A stretch of 40,000 nucleotides of DNA. It comes from an uncultured Actinomycetes bacterium (GTDB taxonomy: Bacteria > Actinomycetota > Actinomycetes > Streptosporangiales > Streptosporangiaceae). The stretch spans positions 315,296-355,295 of the forward strand of contig CAVQFM010000014.1 in NCBI GenBank assembly GCA_963711705.1, in the 5' to 3' direction. Shown piece by piece: positions 1 through 8,312 of the stretch (the stretch's first letter is position 1; the number at the start of each line of letters is the position of its first letter). The translations under genes were made by a program, and so were the position numbers. Under the pieces are notes generated by a model, which did not search any database, was not told the DNA's origin, and worked only from the letters and a program-made list of their open reading frames with translations.

Positions 1-1080
1 GCGCCGGGCTTCCAGCGGCCGGCGGCGCACGACATCATCGGCCGGGAACACGCGGCGATCCGCGAGGCGGTCGGCGTGATCGACATGAGCCTGATGGCCA
101 AGTTCCTGGTCCAGGGCCCGGACGCGGGCCCGGTGCTCAGCCGGCTGTCCGCCAACGACGTGCTGCTCGGGCCGGGCCGGCTGGTCTACACCCAGTGGCT
201 GAACCAGGCGGGCGGCATCGTCGCCGACCTCACGGTGACCTGCCTGGAACCGGACCGGTTCCTGGTCATCGCCAGCGACATCATCCACCGCCGGGTCGAG
301 CCGCTGATCCGCCGGGCGGTGCGGCCCGGCGAGGTGGTCACCGTCGCCGACATCACCTCGGGCACCACCCTGTTCACCGTGCAGGGCCCGGCGTCGCGGG
401 ACCTGATCGGGCGGCTGACCGACGCCGACCTGTCCAACGACGCGTTCCCGTACCTCAGCGCGCGGCCGATCCACGTCGGCTACGCGCCGGTGCTCGCCAT
501 CCGGGTCACCTACGTGGGCGAGCTGGGCTGGGAACTGCACGTGCCCGCCGAGTACGCGGCCGGGGTGCACGACGACCTGTCCGCGGCCGGGGCGGACCTC
601 GGCTTCCGGCTGGTCGGCCTGTCCGCGATGTCCAGCCTGCGGCTGGAAAAGGGCTACCGCGACATGGGCGTGGACATCGACAACACCGATAATCCGCTGG
701 AAGCCGGCCTCGGCTTCGCGGTGGCCTGGGACAAGCCCGGCGGGTTCACCGGCCGCGACGCGCTGCTCGAAGCGCGGGCGGCCGGGCCGCCGCGGCACCG
801 GGTGGTCAGCCTGATCGCCGAGGACCCGGCGACCGACCTGTTCGGCAACGAGCCGGTGTTCCTCGGCGGCCAGTGGGTGGGGTACGTCCGGGCCGCCGCC
901 TACGGCTACACGGTGGGCGGCGCGGTCGGGCTGGCCCAGGTCGAGTGCGCCGACGGGGTGACCGGCGGCTGGCTGAAGAGCGGCGACTTCCGGGTGCACA
1001 CGCCAGCCGGCGACGTGCCGGTGCGGCTGCAGATCGCGCCGCTGTACGACCCGCAGCGGCTGCGCATCCTGGACCGGTAG
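1..1080 (+). CDS. Aminomethyltransferase (GcvT-like) folate-binding C-terminal module of a sarcosine/dimethylglycine-oxidase-family enzyme; 5' end outside window
   Basis: Frame 1 is open from base 1 (APGFQRPAAHDIIGREHAAIREAVGVIDMS...), so the listed ORF 76..1080 is only the part after an internal Met. The 'EH..R..VG..DMS' opening, 'VYTQWLN..GGI..DLTV' and 'YVGELGWELHVP' are hallmark GcvT-family segments. GC3 bias is strong. Confidence 0.8.
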   Translation, partial: APGFQRPAAHDIIGREHAAIREAVGVIDMSLMAKFLVQGPDAGPVLSRLSANDVLLGPGRLVYTQWLNQAGGIVADLTVTCLEPDRFLVIASDIIHRRVEPLIRRAVRPGEVVTVADITSGTTLFTVQGPASRDLIGRLTDADLSNDAFPYLSARPIHVGYAPVLAIRVTYVGELGWELHVPAEYAAGVHDDLSAAGADLGFRLVGLSAMSSLRLEKGYRDMGVDIDNTDNPLEAGLGFAVAWDKPGGFTGRDALLEARAAGPPRHRVVSLIAEDPATDLFGNEPVFLGGQWVGYVRAAAYGYTVGGAVGLAQVECADGVTGGWLKSGDFRVHTPAGDVPVRLQIAPLYDPQRLRILDR

Positions 1081-1154
1081 CTCTCGGCTCTGGCCCGGGT
1101 CCGGGTCCGGGGTCGCGGGGCGCGCGGGGCGCGGGGCGCGGGCGGCGCCGCGGC

Positions 1155-2246
1155 CTAGTGGTCCCCGCCCGCAGGCTTGTTCTTCCGGCCCTCCTGGTCG
1201 GCCTGGGCTTCTTGGGTAGCTGGGGCTTCCTGGCTGGCCTGGGCCTCCTGCGTGGTCTTGCTGGCCATCGCGGCGCGCAGGATTTCTTCGAGGCTGTCCC
1301 GCAGCGCCTGCCAGACTGTGCTCAGGCTGGCCGCGGTGGGCAGGTCGCCGGGGATCGTGCCCGGCTCCGCGACCTGGTCGCCGAGCACCTTGAGCGTGCC
1401 ATGCGCGACACGGAGGATTTCCGGGTCACTCGCGCTAATCGTGACCTGGCCGTCGGTTACCCGGATCTTCATGTGCCGCCGTCCCCGGTCCGCGGGCAGC
1501 TCGTCAGTGGTATCGGTGATGTCCGCGTTGCGCAGCGCTTCCCGGGCCTGGTCCAGGTCGATGCCCAGCCCGGTGAGAGCCCGGGCCGCCGCCGTGTCCG
1601 GATCGGCCAGCGTGGCCAGCAGTAGGTGATGCGAGCCGACCGGGCCGTTCCCGGCCAGCCGGGCGGCCCAGACCAGCCCAGCCTCAGCGGCGGGCGTGGT
1701 GGGCAGCTTCCCGGGCTCGTCCGGCTGGCTCAGGTCTCCCGGCTCGCCCGGGTCATCCGGGCCGGCCGCCTCGCGGCGTCGCAGCCAGCGGCGTCCGGGC
1801 GAGGCGGGCGTCCTGCTCTGCAGCAGTTCGATCAGGACGGTGCGGACCGCGGCGTAGTCAGCGCTGTGCGCGGTGAGAATCTGCGCCGCGACGCCCTCCC
1901 CTTCCCGCTCGATGCCGAGCAGGATGTGCTCGGTGCCGATGTAGTTGTGGTGCAGGGCGAGGGCCTCACGCAGCGCCAGCTCGAGGGTCTTCTTCGCGCG
2001 CGGGGTGAACGGGATGCGCCCGGCTGGCTGCTCGCTCCCGGTGCCCACCCGGGCCGTGACTTCCTCCCGCACCGACACGTAGGACATCCCGAACCGGGAG
2101 AGCGCCCGGCCGGCCAGCCCACTCTCCTCGGCGACTAGCCCGAGCAGCAGGTGCTCGGTACCGATGTAGTTGTGCTGCAGATTGCGGGCCTCTTCCTGGG
2201 CCAGGACAACGACCCGGCGGGCCCGGTCAGTGAATCGCTCGAACAT
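1155..2246 (-). CDS. Clp N-terminal (Clp R) repeat domain protein without an AAA+ module
   Basis: ORF 1155..2273. The internal Met at 2246 gives 'MFERFTDRARRVVVLAQEEARNLQHNYIGTEHLLLGLV', the canonical ClpC N-domain opening. A second repeat reads 'FTPRAKKTLELALREALALHHNYIGTEHILLGI', and a third is degenerate (GSHHLLLATLAD). No Walker motifs are present. The tail is rich in Q, E and A. Confidence 0.8.
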   Translation of the reverse strand: MFERFTDRARRVVVLAQEEARNLQHNYIGTEHLLLGLVAEESGLAGRALSRFGMSYVSVREEVTARVGTGSEQPAGRIPFTPRAKKTLELALREALALHHNYIGTEHILLGIEREGEGVAAQILTAHSADYAAVRTVLIELLQSRTPASPGRRWLRRREAAGPDDPGEPGDLSQPDEPGKLPTTPAAEAGLVWAARLAGNGPVGSHHLLLATLADPDTAAARALTGLGIDLDQAREALRNADITDTTDELPADRGRRHMKIRVTDGQVTISASDPEILRVAHGTLKVLGDQVAEPGTIPGDLPTAASLSTVWQALRDSLEEILRAAMASKTTQEAQASQEAPATQEAQADQEGRKNKPAGGDH

Positions 2247-2342
2247 GTGCACCACGGTGCCCACCATGCGCAAACCCTGTCAATACTATGCTATTAATAG
2301 GGTCAAGCAGCGGAACAGGCCGACGTGTGTGGAGGTGCCGTC

Positions 2343-2723
2343 GTGGACTGGGAAGACCGGCTCGACGCCTGGGAGCTGGAACTCGAGCTCAACGCCCAGC
2401 TCGAAGGCTCGGACTGGGTGACCCTGGAGCGGGCGGCCGCCGACACCGGCGCGTCCCGGGCCGCGCTGCGGAACTGGTACCGGACCGGGCAGATCCCGTC
2501 CCGGCTGGTGGACGGCCCGCACGGCCCGCAGCGGCTGGTCCCGCTCGACCTGGTCGCGACCCGGGCCGAAGCGTCGCCCCGGCTGCGCCGCACCACCGAA
2601 CGGCGGCTGGCCGAGCAGGCCGAGATGGAGATCCTCCGGCACCGGGTAGACCAGCTGGAACTGCGGCTAGCCGCGCTGGAGCGGCAGTCGCCCGCTGGCA
2701 GCCCAGCCAGCGGGGCCAGTTAG
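2343..2723 (+). CDS. Small helix-turn-helix (MerR/excisionase-like) DNA-binding protein with coiled-coil tail
   Basis: ORF 2325..2723. GGAGG at 2331-2335 lies 7 nt upstream of GTG 2343. 'WVTLERAAADTGASRAALRNWYRTGQIP' looks like an HTH. The C-terminal 'AEMEILRHRVDQLELRLAALE' is heptad-like. Family assignment is tentative. Confidence 0.5.
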   Translation: MDWEDRLDAWELELELNAQLEGSDWVTLERAAADTGASRAALRNWYRTGQIPSRLVDGPHGPQRLVPLDLVATRAEASPRLRRTTERRLAEQAEMEILRHRVDQLELRLAALERQSPAGSPASGAS

Positions 2724-2765
2724 CCCGGCCGGCCGCTTAGCCGGGCCTGGCCGCCCCGCACCCGT

Positions 2766-2815
2766 CGTGATCATGACATAGGGGCTAATAGATTCGACCC
2801 AAAGTCATGATCACG
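2766..2815. repeat. Perfect 12-bp inverted repeat (cgtgatcatgac / gtcatgatcacg) around a 26-nt AT-rich spacer
   Basis: Read directly: 2766-2777 is the reverse complement of 2804-2815, and pairing extends about 3 more bp outward. It sits between convergent gene ends (2723 and 2881). It could be a bidirectional terminator or a protein-binding palindrome. Confidence 0.6.
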
Positions 2816-2880
2816 ATGCGATGGTCCCCGGGGGCGGGATCGGCCGGCCTCCTGGGCGGGGTGGCGCAGGGCGGCCGGGA

Positions 2881-3621
2881 TCATGGGGTGGGGCTGGGTG
2901 GGGCGAGGGGATGCCGGGGGCGGCCAGTCTCGATGGTGACGGCCGGTGCGGACGGGGTGAGCACGGTGACCACCGGGACGTGGCAGCCTGCCGCGGTCAG
3001 CTCCTCCGCGACGGCCGAGATCAGCCGGGGCACGTCAGCTGGGGCCGAGGCGTGCAGCGCTTCGGCCACGATCAGCGCGCTCGCGGTCCCGTCCCGGACC
3101 GCGGAGCGGCCGCTCTGCCGGTTCGTCCAGCGCCGGGCGTGGGCTTGCCCAGCCCCGTCGGCGAAGATCACTTCGCCGGCCGCGGGATGCTCGACGTCGC
3201 CGGAGAACGTCAGGTACTCCTCGTCACCGGTCGCGTAGCGCACGGCCAGGTCTCCGGTGATCTGCGCGGCGTCGAACACCGCCACCGGGATGGCGAAGGC
3301 GAGCGAGGCGGCGTTGCACAGGTCCACGAGAGGGTGCACGCCAGGCAGCGCGCCTTCCTTGCGGAACCGGCGCAGCAGCGACTCCGCGGCGCACCGGTAC
3401 TGGGTGGGCTTGAGTCCCATCCGGGCGAAGGCCCGCCGCCACGCCTGGATTTCCGGCAGCTCGCTTTCGGTGGTGCCGGCCAGCCGGGACCGGGCCGCGT
3501 CGGTGAACTTCCCGGTGCGTGCTCCGGTCGGCAGGCCGGCGGTGATGCCTTCGGCGAACAGCACCCCGGGCACCAGGTCCGGGAAGTCCCGCCAGATCTC
3601 GGTGGCGTGCTGAAACTTCAT
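2881..3621 (-). CDS. B3/B4 (PheT-like) tRNA-binding-domain protein
   Basis: The internal ATG at 3621 is preceded by GAGGGG with a 5-nt spacer. 'MKFQHATEIWRDFPDL...ELPEIQAWRRAFARMGLKPTQYRCAAESLLRRFRKEG..VHPLVDLCNAASLAFAIPVAVFD' fits the stand-alone B3/4-domain family as I know it. Confidence 0.75.
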   Translation of the reverse strand: MKFQHATEIWRDFPDLVPGVLFAEGITAGLPTGARTGKFTDAARSRLAGTTESELPEIQAWRRAFARMGLKPTQYRCAAESLLRRFRKEGALPGVHPLVDLCNAASLAFAIPVAVFDAAQITGDLAVRYATGDEEYLTFSGDVEHPAAGEVIFADGAGQAHARRWTNRQSGRSAVRDGTASALIVAEALHASAPADVPRLISAVAEELTAAGCHVPVVTVLTPSAPAVTIETGRPRHPLAPPSPTP

Positions 3622-4635
3622 CCGGTCCCCTCGCGGTGTGCGGTGCGGCCCGGCCGTACCGGCCGGCGCCACGAGCCTACGCCTCCGGGGCCGGCCACCC
3701 GGCAGGCCGATGGCCAGGCCGGCCGCGACCACGGCGATGCCGGCCCAGACCAGCGGGGCGGGGGCCGGGCCGCCGAGCAGCACCCCGGTGACCGCGGCGG
3801 CGACCGGCACGATGCCGGTGAGCAGGCCGGCCCGGGCGGCGCCGAGCCGGGCGACGCTGGAGTACCACAAGACGAAAGCCACGGCCGTGACGGCGACCGC
3901 CAGATAGCCGATAGCCAGCCAGTCCGCCCGGTCCAGCCGGGTGATCGCGGCCGGTCCCTCGTGCGCCAGCCCGAGCCCGGCGAAGATCACCGCCGCCATC
4001 CAGGTGGTATGCACCGACACACCCCACGGGCCGTGCCGGCCCAGGACCGGGATGGCCAGCAGGGTGAAGCCGGTCTCGCAGCCCAGCACCACGGCAGCCC
4101 AGGCGATGCCCGCGGCGTCGGTGCGGCCCAGGCCCTGCACCAGGGCCGCACCACAGGTGACGGTGACGGCCGCCACGAGCACCGGCCGGCTCGGCCGTGA
4201 TCCGTCGATCAGCGGGCCGAGCACGGCCAGCAACGGCGGGACAGCGGCCACCGCCACGCCCAGGACGGCTGGCTCGGCATGCCGGGAGCCCACGACCAGG
4301 CCCACGTTGAACAGCACCAGCCCGGTCGTGGTGACACCGGTGAGCCAGAGCCATTCCACGCCGCGCGGCCAGGCCAGCCTCCGTCCCGCGGCCCGGGCGA
4401 AGCCAGCCAGCAGCAGGCAGGCCACGGCGTAGCGGAGTGCCTCGGCGGTGAACACCGGCGCACCGGCCAGCACCGAGGAGACCGCCACGCTGCCGCCGAC
4501 ACAGACCATGCCGCCCGCGCCCGCGGCGATCCCCCGGCCCGGGCTGGAGGCGGCCGGCCGCGGTGGGACGGGCCCGGGGCGGGTGAGGTCCCCGGTGACT
4601 GGATCCGGGCGGGTGAGGGCGCGGGTGTCGGGCAT
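3622..4635 (-). CDS. EamA/DMT-family transporter (10-TM type); no in-frame stop before the downstream B3/B4 gene
   Basis: This is the N-terminal ~340 aa of ORF 2881..4665. It shows repeated hydrophobic helices in the EamA pattern (e.g. 'LLAGFARAAGRRLAWPRG', 'AVAFVLWYSSVARLGAARAGLLTGIVPV'). The start is uncertain (ATG 4635 or 4665). The same reading frame runs straight into the MKFQ... gene. Confidence 0.75.
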
Positions 4636-4653
4636 GACGGTCACGTTAGGCGG

Positions 4654-4705
4654 CCAATGGTCCATTGAACAGGACCAATGGATTCGTTTTATGATGGACC
4701 AATGC
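4654..4705. promoter_or_regulatory. Candidate MocR operator: repeated CCAATGG-type motifs in the EamA/MocR divergent region
   Basis: 'ccaatgg' lies at 4654-4660 with its inverted partner 'ccattg' at 4662-4667, forming the near-palindrome caatggTccattg. 'gaccaatgg' lies at 4673-4681 and 'gaccaatgc' at 4697-4705. Spacing is roughly 21-24 bp, and the sequence is an AT-richer island. Confidence 0.4.
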
Positions 4706-6310
4706 GAGCTGGTGTGGTGCGCTTCCAGCGGGCCGGTGAGGGAGCGGACTTCCTGCAGCTGGACCCGGCCGGGGTACCGGTCCGCGGGCTGACCAGCTGG
4801 CTGGTTGATGCGCTGCGCGCCGGGATCGCGGACGGGCGGCTGGCCGCCGGGGTGGTGCTGCCCGCGAGCCGGGCACTGGCTGGGGACCTCGGCGTCTCGC
4901 GGGGGGTGATCGTCGAGGCCTATCAGCGGCTGCGGGAGGAAGGCCTGGTCAGTGCGCGGCAGGGCGCCGGGACGACGGTGCTCCCGGTGCGGCGGCCAGC
5001 CGGGCCGGACGCCAGCCTCCCGGCCGCCGGGCCGCCCCCGGCTGGATCGGGGCTGGCTGGACCGGGGCTGGCTGGACCGGGGCTGGCTGGACCGGGGCTC
5101 GCCGGACCGGGGCTCGCCTGGACCGGGGCTCGCCGGACGGGGGTCGGTCGGGCCGGGATCGGCTGGATTGGCATCGGTGACCGGACCGCTGCCCGGTCTG
5201 CTCCCGCTGCCCTGGCGAGCGCGGACGGAGATCGACCTGTCCCCGGGAGTGCCCGACCTGTCCGCGTTCCCCCGCGCCGCGTGGCTGCGCGCCGAGCGCG
5301 CCGCGCTGGCGCAAGCCGGCGCCGCCGACCTCGGCTACGGGGACCCACGCGGCAACGAGCGGCTGCGCACGGTGCTGGCGGGCTGGCTGGCGCGCACCCG
5401 CGGCCTGCGCGCCGCGCCCGGCGACATCGTCATCGTCACCGGGGTGGCCCAGGCGCTCGCCTTGCTCGGGCAGGTACTCCGGGCCCGCGGCACGATCCGG
5501 ATCGCGGTCGAGGATCCCGGTTCGCGGGGCGCCCGGCTCCAGCTCGCGCACTGGGGCCTGGAACCGGAGCCGGTCCCGGTTGACGAGCACGGACTGCGAG
5601 TCGATGCCCTGATCCGCAGCGGCCTGCCCGCCGCCGTGCTCACCCCCGCGCACCAGTTCCCGACCGGTGTCGTGCTGGCCCCGGACCGCCGCCGCGAGCT
5701 GGTGGACTGGGCCGGCGCCGGCGGCCTCGTCATCGAAGACGACTACGACGCCGAGCACCGGTACGACCGGCCCCCGGTCCCGGCGCTGCAAGCGTCCGCG
5801 CCCGACCGCATCGCCTACGCCGGCAGCACGTCCAAGACGCTGGCCCCGGGCCTGCGGCTGGGCTGGCTGATCCCGCCCCGGTGGCTGCACACCGATCTGG
5901 TCGCCGCGAAGCACAGCAGTGACCTGGGCAGCCCGGCGCTGCCGCAGCTGGTCCTGGCCCACCTGATCGCCAGCGGGGATCTCGAGCGGCACATCCGGCT
6001 GGTCCGCCAGCGGCAGCGGACCCGGCGCAATGCGCTGTTCGCCGCGCTGCGTGAGTTCCTCCCGCAGGCCCGGATCCAGGGCGTGGCGGCCGGCCTGCAC
6101 CTGCTGGTCACGTTCCCGGACCTGGCTGGCCAGCTGGATGACGAGGCGCTGGCCAGCCGGATCGAGGCCACCGGCGTCCTGGTCCACCCGCTGTCCATGC
6201 ACCGGATCGCTCCCGGGCCGCCTGGCCTGGTGCTGGGCTACGCCGCGCACCCGCCAGGTCAGCTGCGTGAGGCGGCCCGGCGCATCGCCAGCGCGGCCCG
6301 GCCGTCCTGA
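4678..6310 (+). pseudogene. MocR/GabR-type regulator (GntR wHTH + PLP aminotransferase-like domain), frame broken in the inter-domain linker
   Basis: The HTH lies in frame 1 ('LPASRALAGDLGVSRGVIVEAYQRLREEGLV'). The aminotransferase fold lies in frame 2 ('DLSPGVPDLSAFP...GYGDPRGNERLR...YAGSTSKTLAPGLRLGWLI'). Removing the T at about 5119 joins them as ...GLAGPGLAGRGSVGPGSAGLASVTGPLPG... Confidence 0.85.
5049..5139 (+). repeat. Six tandem 15-bp units (ggggctSgcYggacc) encoding (GLAGP)n; the fifth unit is 16 bp
   Basis: Read directly. The units occupy 5049-5063, 5064-5078, 5079-5093, 5094-5108, 5109-5124 (with an extra T at 5119) and 5125-5139. Confidence 0.9.
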
Positions 6311-6381
6311 GCCGGTCGCCCGTCAGCCCGGCGGCACGGCCGGCCGGGACTGGGTCGCGGCCGGCCCGGGGAGGGCAGGAG

Positions 6382-6711
6382 CTAGGACGCGTGCCTGGGT
6401 ACGGAGCGCTGGGCGAACTGGGTAGCGCCGCATTTGGGGCAGTGCCGGAACGTGTCGGCGGGCTGGTTCGCCGCCGAGATCGACGTGATCTCCCGGTTCA
6501 GCTCGGCCCGGTCCACGGTCTGGCCGCGTGGCGCGACCGAGATCATGGAGATCGACCGGATCCGCCGCCGGGCGGCTGACCGCGGAACCCGCCACTCGTA
6601 GCCGCACTCGGCGCAGGTTCGCAGGTACTCCCGGGGCTGCCCTGGCCACCGCACAACCAGCATCGTGCGGCTGCGGTGGGCTGGCGTCAAGGGCGCCAGG
6701 CCGGGCAGCAT
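6382..6711 (-). CDS. Small zinc-ribbon protein (two CxxC pairs)
   Basis: 'TCAECGYEW...' and '...HCPKCGATQF' give two CxxC pairs, and GC3 is high throughout. The start is ambiguous (6711 or ATG 6663). No family is recognised. Confidence 0.55.
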   Translation of the reverse strand: MLPGLAPLTPAHRSRTMLVVRWPGQPREYLRTCAECGYEWRVPRSAARRRIRSISMISVAPRGQTVDRAELNREITSISAANQPADTFRHCPKCGATQFAQRSVPRHAS

Positions 6712-6928
6712 CTCTACCGGAACCAGTTCCCTGGTGGGCCTTCGAGCTATGTGGAGGAGATCGTCCAGATCCGGTGCTAAGGTTGGGCGTAACCGGATGA
6801 ATCACTCCAATTACCATCAGTGCGCTGGCCGTGTAACCCCAAGCGGGCTGGCCGTGGTAAACCGCGGGCTGGCAGGCCGTGGACACCCGGCTGATGGCCG
6901 CCGTAACCCTGACTGAGGAGGAAAGATC

Positions 6929-7534
6929 ATGACGACCGGAACGAGCGGGGAGCAGCAGCCGGGCGGTGGCGTGGCCGCGCTGGCCCGGGACGGGGCGCTG
7001 GCCGGCCAGTGGCAGCTGGATCCGGAGCAGTCCACGGTGGAATTCCGGGTACCGCATTTCTGGCACATGATCACTGTGCGCGGCTGGTTCGACCGGCTGG
7101 CGGGCGAGGGCTCGGTGGCCCCCGATGGCACGGTCACCGGGCGGATCACGGTCGATGCCGCGTCGCTGAACACCAAGAACAAGCAGCGGGACAAGCACCT
7201 GCGGTCGGCCGACTTCTTCCACGCGGAGCAGCATCCGCAGGCCGTGCTCACGGTCAGCCGGGCGGCGCTGACGCCGGCCGGGCAGCTGGCGGGTGAGGGC
7301 ACGCTGGCGGCGGCCGGGACCGAGGAGCCGATCCAGTTCACCGCCGACATCCTGGACGCCAGCCCGGACACGGTCTCGCTGCGCGCCGAGATCACCGTGG
7401 ACCGGAGCCGGTTCGGGATGACCTGGAGCCCGATGCGGATAGCGTCCATGCAGGCAACCGGCTCGGTCACCGCCCGGTTCACCCGCTCCGCCGCGAATGG
7501 TGCGGCCCCGGCGGACCCGGACCCGGCCGGTTAG
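6929..7534 (+). CDS. YceI-family polyisoprenoid-binding-like protein
   Basis: GAGGAGG lies upstream of ATG 6929. 'WQLDPEQSTVEFRVPHFW..TVRGWF..L.G...........G.ITVDAASLNTKNKQRDKHLRSADFFHAEQHPQAV' is the typical YceI signature. Confidence 0.85.
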   Translation: MTTGTSGEQQPGGGVAALARDGALAGQWQLDPEQSTVEFRVPHFWHMITVRGWFDRLAGEGSVAPDGTVTGRITVDAASLNTKNKQRDKHLRSADFFHAEQHPQAVLTVSRAALTPAGQLAGEGTLAAAGTEEPIQFTADILDASPDTVSLRAEITVDRSRFGMTWSPMRIASMQATGSVTARFTRSAANGAAPADPDPAG

Positions 7535-8303
7535 CCGGCGGGCTGCTCCTGGCCGGGGTCAGCCCGGCTGGGCCCGCACGCACCCCGCCGTGGCCGGGGT
7601 CGCCTGGGCCGGTATGACCGGGTGGCCGGTGCAGCCGCAGCAGGGCCCGGTACATGGCGGCCGGCGTGGGCGGCGCCGGCAGCGGCGCCCGGCCGGCCGT
7701 GCTGAAGGCCTGGATCATGTACGCGGCAAAGCGCCGCCACGTGCCGGGTGCGGCATCGGCCGTGCCGTCCAGCACGCCGGCGTTGGCCATCAGCAGCATG
7801 GCCAGGTCCTCGGGCACGAAGTCGGCCCGGAGCCGGCCGCTGGCCTGGGCCGCGCGGGTGAGCTGGGTGAAGCCGTGGTAGGCACGGTCGCGTTCGGCCT
7901 GGAATTCAGCGGCCATCGGGAACGTCATGTTCAGGACGCAGGCAAAGCCCCGGTCCTCGGCCTGCATGGCGCACAGCCGCTCGATGAGGCCGCAGAAGCC
8001 CGCCCACGGATCAGGGTCGGCCAGCGCGCGGGTGACCGCGTCGGCGTACCCGGTGATCTTGTCCCCGAACGCCCCGGCGACCAGGTCACCGCGGGTGGGG
8101 AAGCGCCGGTACAGGGTGGCCACGCCGACCCCGGCGCACCGGGCGATGTCCTCCATCGGCACATCCAGGCCGCGCTCGGCGAACACCTGCCGGGCCGCGG
8201 CGATGATGCGCCGCCGGTTGCGCTCCGCGTCGGCCCGCAGCGCTGGCCGGGCCGGGCTGCCCCGGCCCGGCTGCGGCCCGGCGGGCGGCCCTGCGGATGA
8301 CAT
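7479..8303 (-). CDS. TetR-family transcriptional regulator
   Basis: 'RRIIAAARQVFAERGLDVPMEDIARCAGVGVATLYRRFPTRGDL' is a canonical TetR N-terminal HTH. The Pro/Gly-rich tail overlaps the convergent yceI-like gene end by 56 bp. Confidence 0.85.
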   Translation of the reverse strand: MSSAGPPAGPQPGRGSPARPALRADAERNRRRIIAAARQVFAERGLDVPMEDIARCAGVGVATLYRRFPTRGDLVAGAFGDKITGYADAVTRALADPDPWAGFCGLIERLCAMQAEDRGFACVLNMTFPMAAEFQAERDRAYHGFTQLTRAAQASGRLRADFVPEDLAMLLMANAGVLDGTADAAPGTWRRFAAYMIQAFSTAGRAPLPAPPTPAAMYRALLRLHRPPGHTGPGDPGHGGVRAGPAGLTPARSSPPANRPGPGPPGPHHSRRSG

Positions 8304-8312
8304 AGCGCCAGG

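Noticed and set aside
1109-1142. G-quadruplex motif (GGGG-n4-GGGG-n5-GGGG-n3-GGGG) between convergent genes
   Set aside because: It is a real pattern, but such G-runs are expected frequently at this GC content, and nothing ties it to a function.
2821-4200. 459-aa ORF on the plus strand
   Set aside because: It is antisense to the EamA/B3-4 genes, with an Arg/Gly/Pro-dominated translation.
4949-6250. 433-aa ORF on the minus strand
   Set aside because: It is antisense to the well-supported MocR aminotransferase-like domain. The translation is Arg/Pro/Gly/Gln-rich with no recognisable motif, a typical shadow ORF of a high-GC gene.
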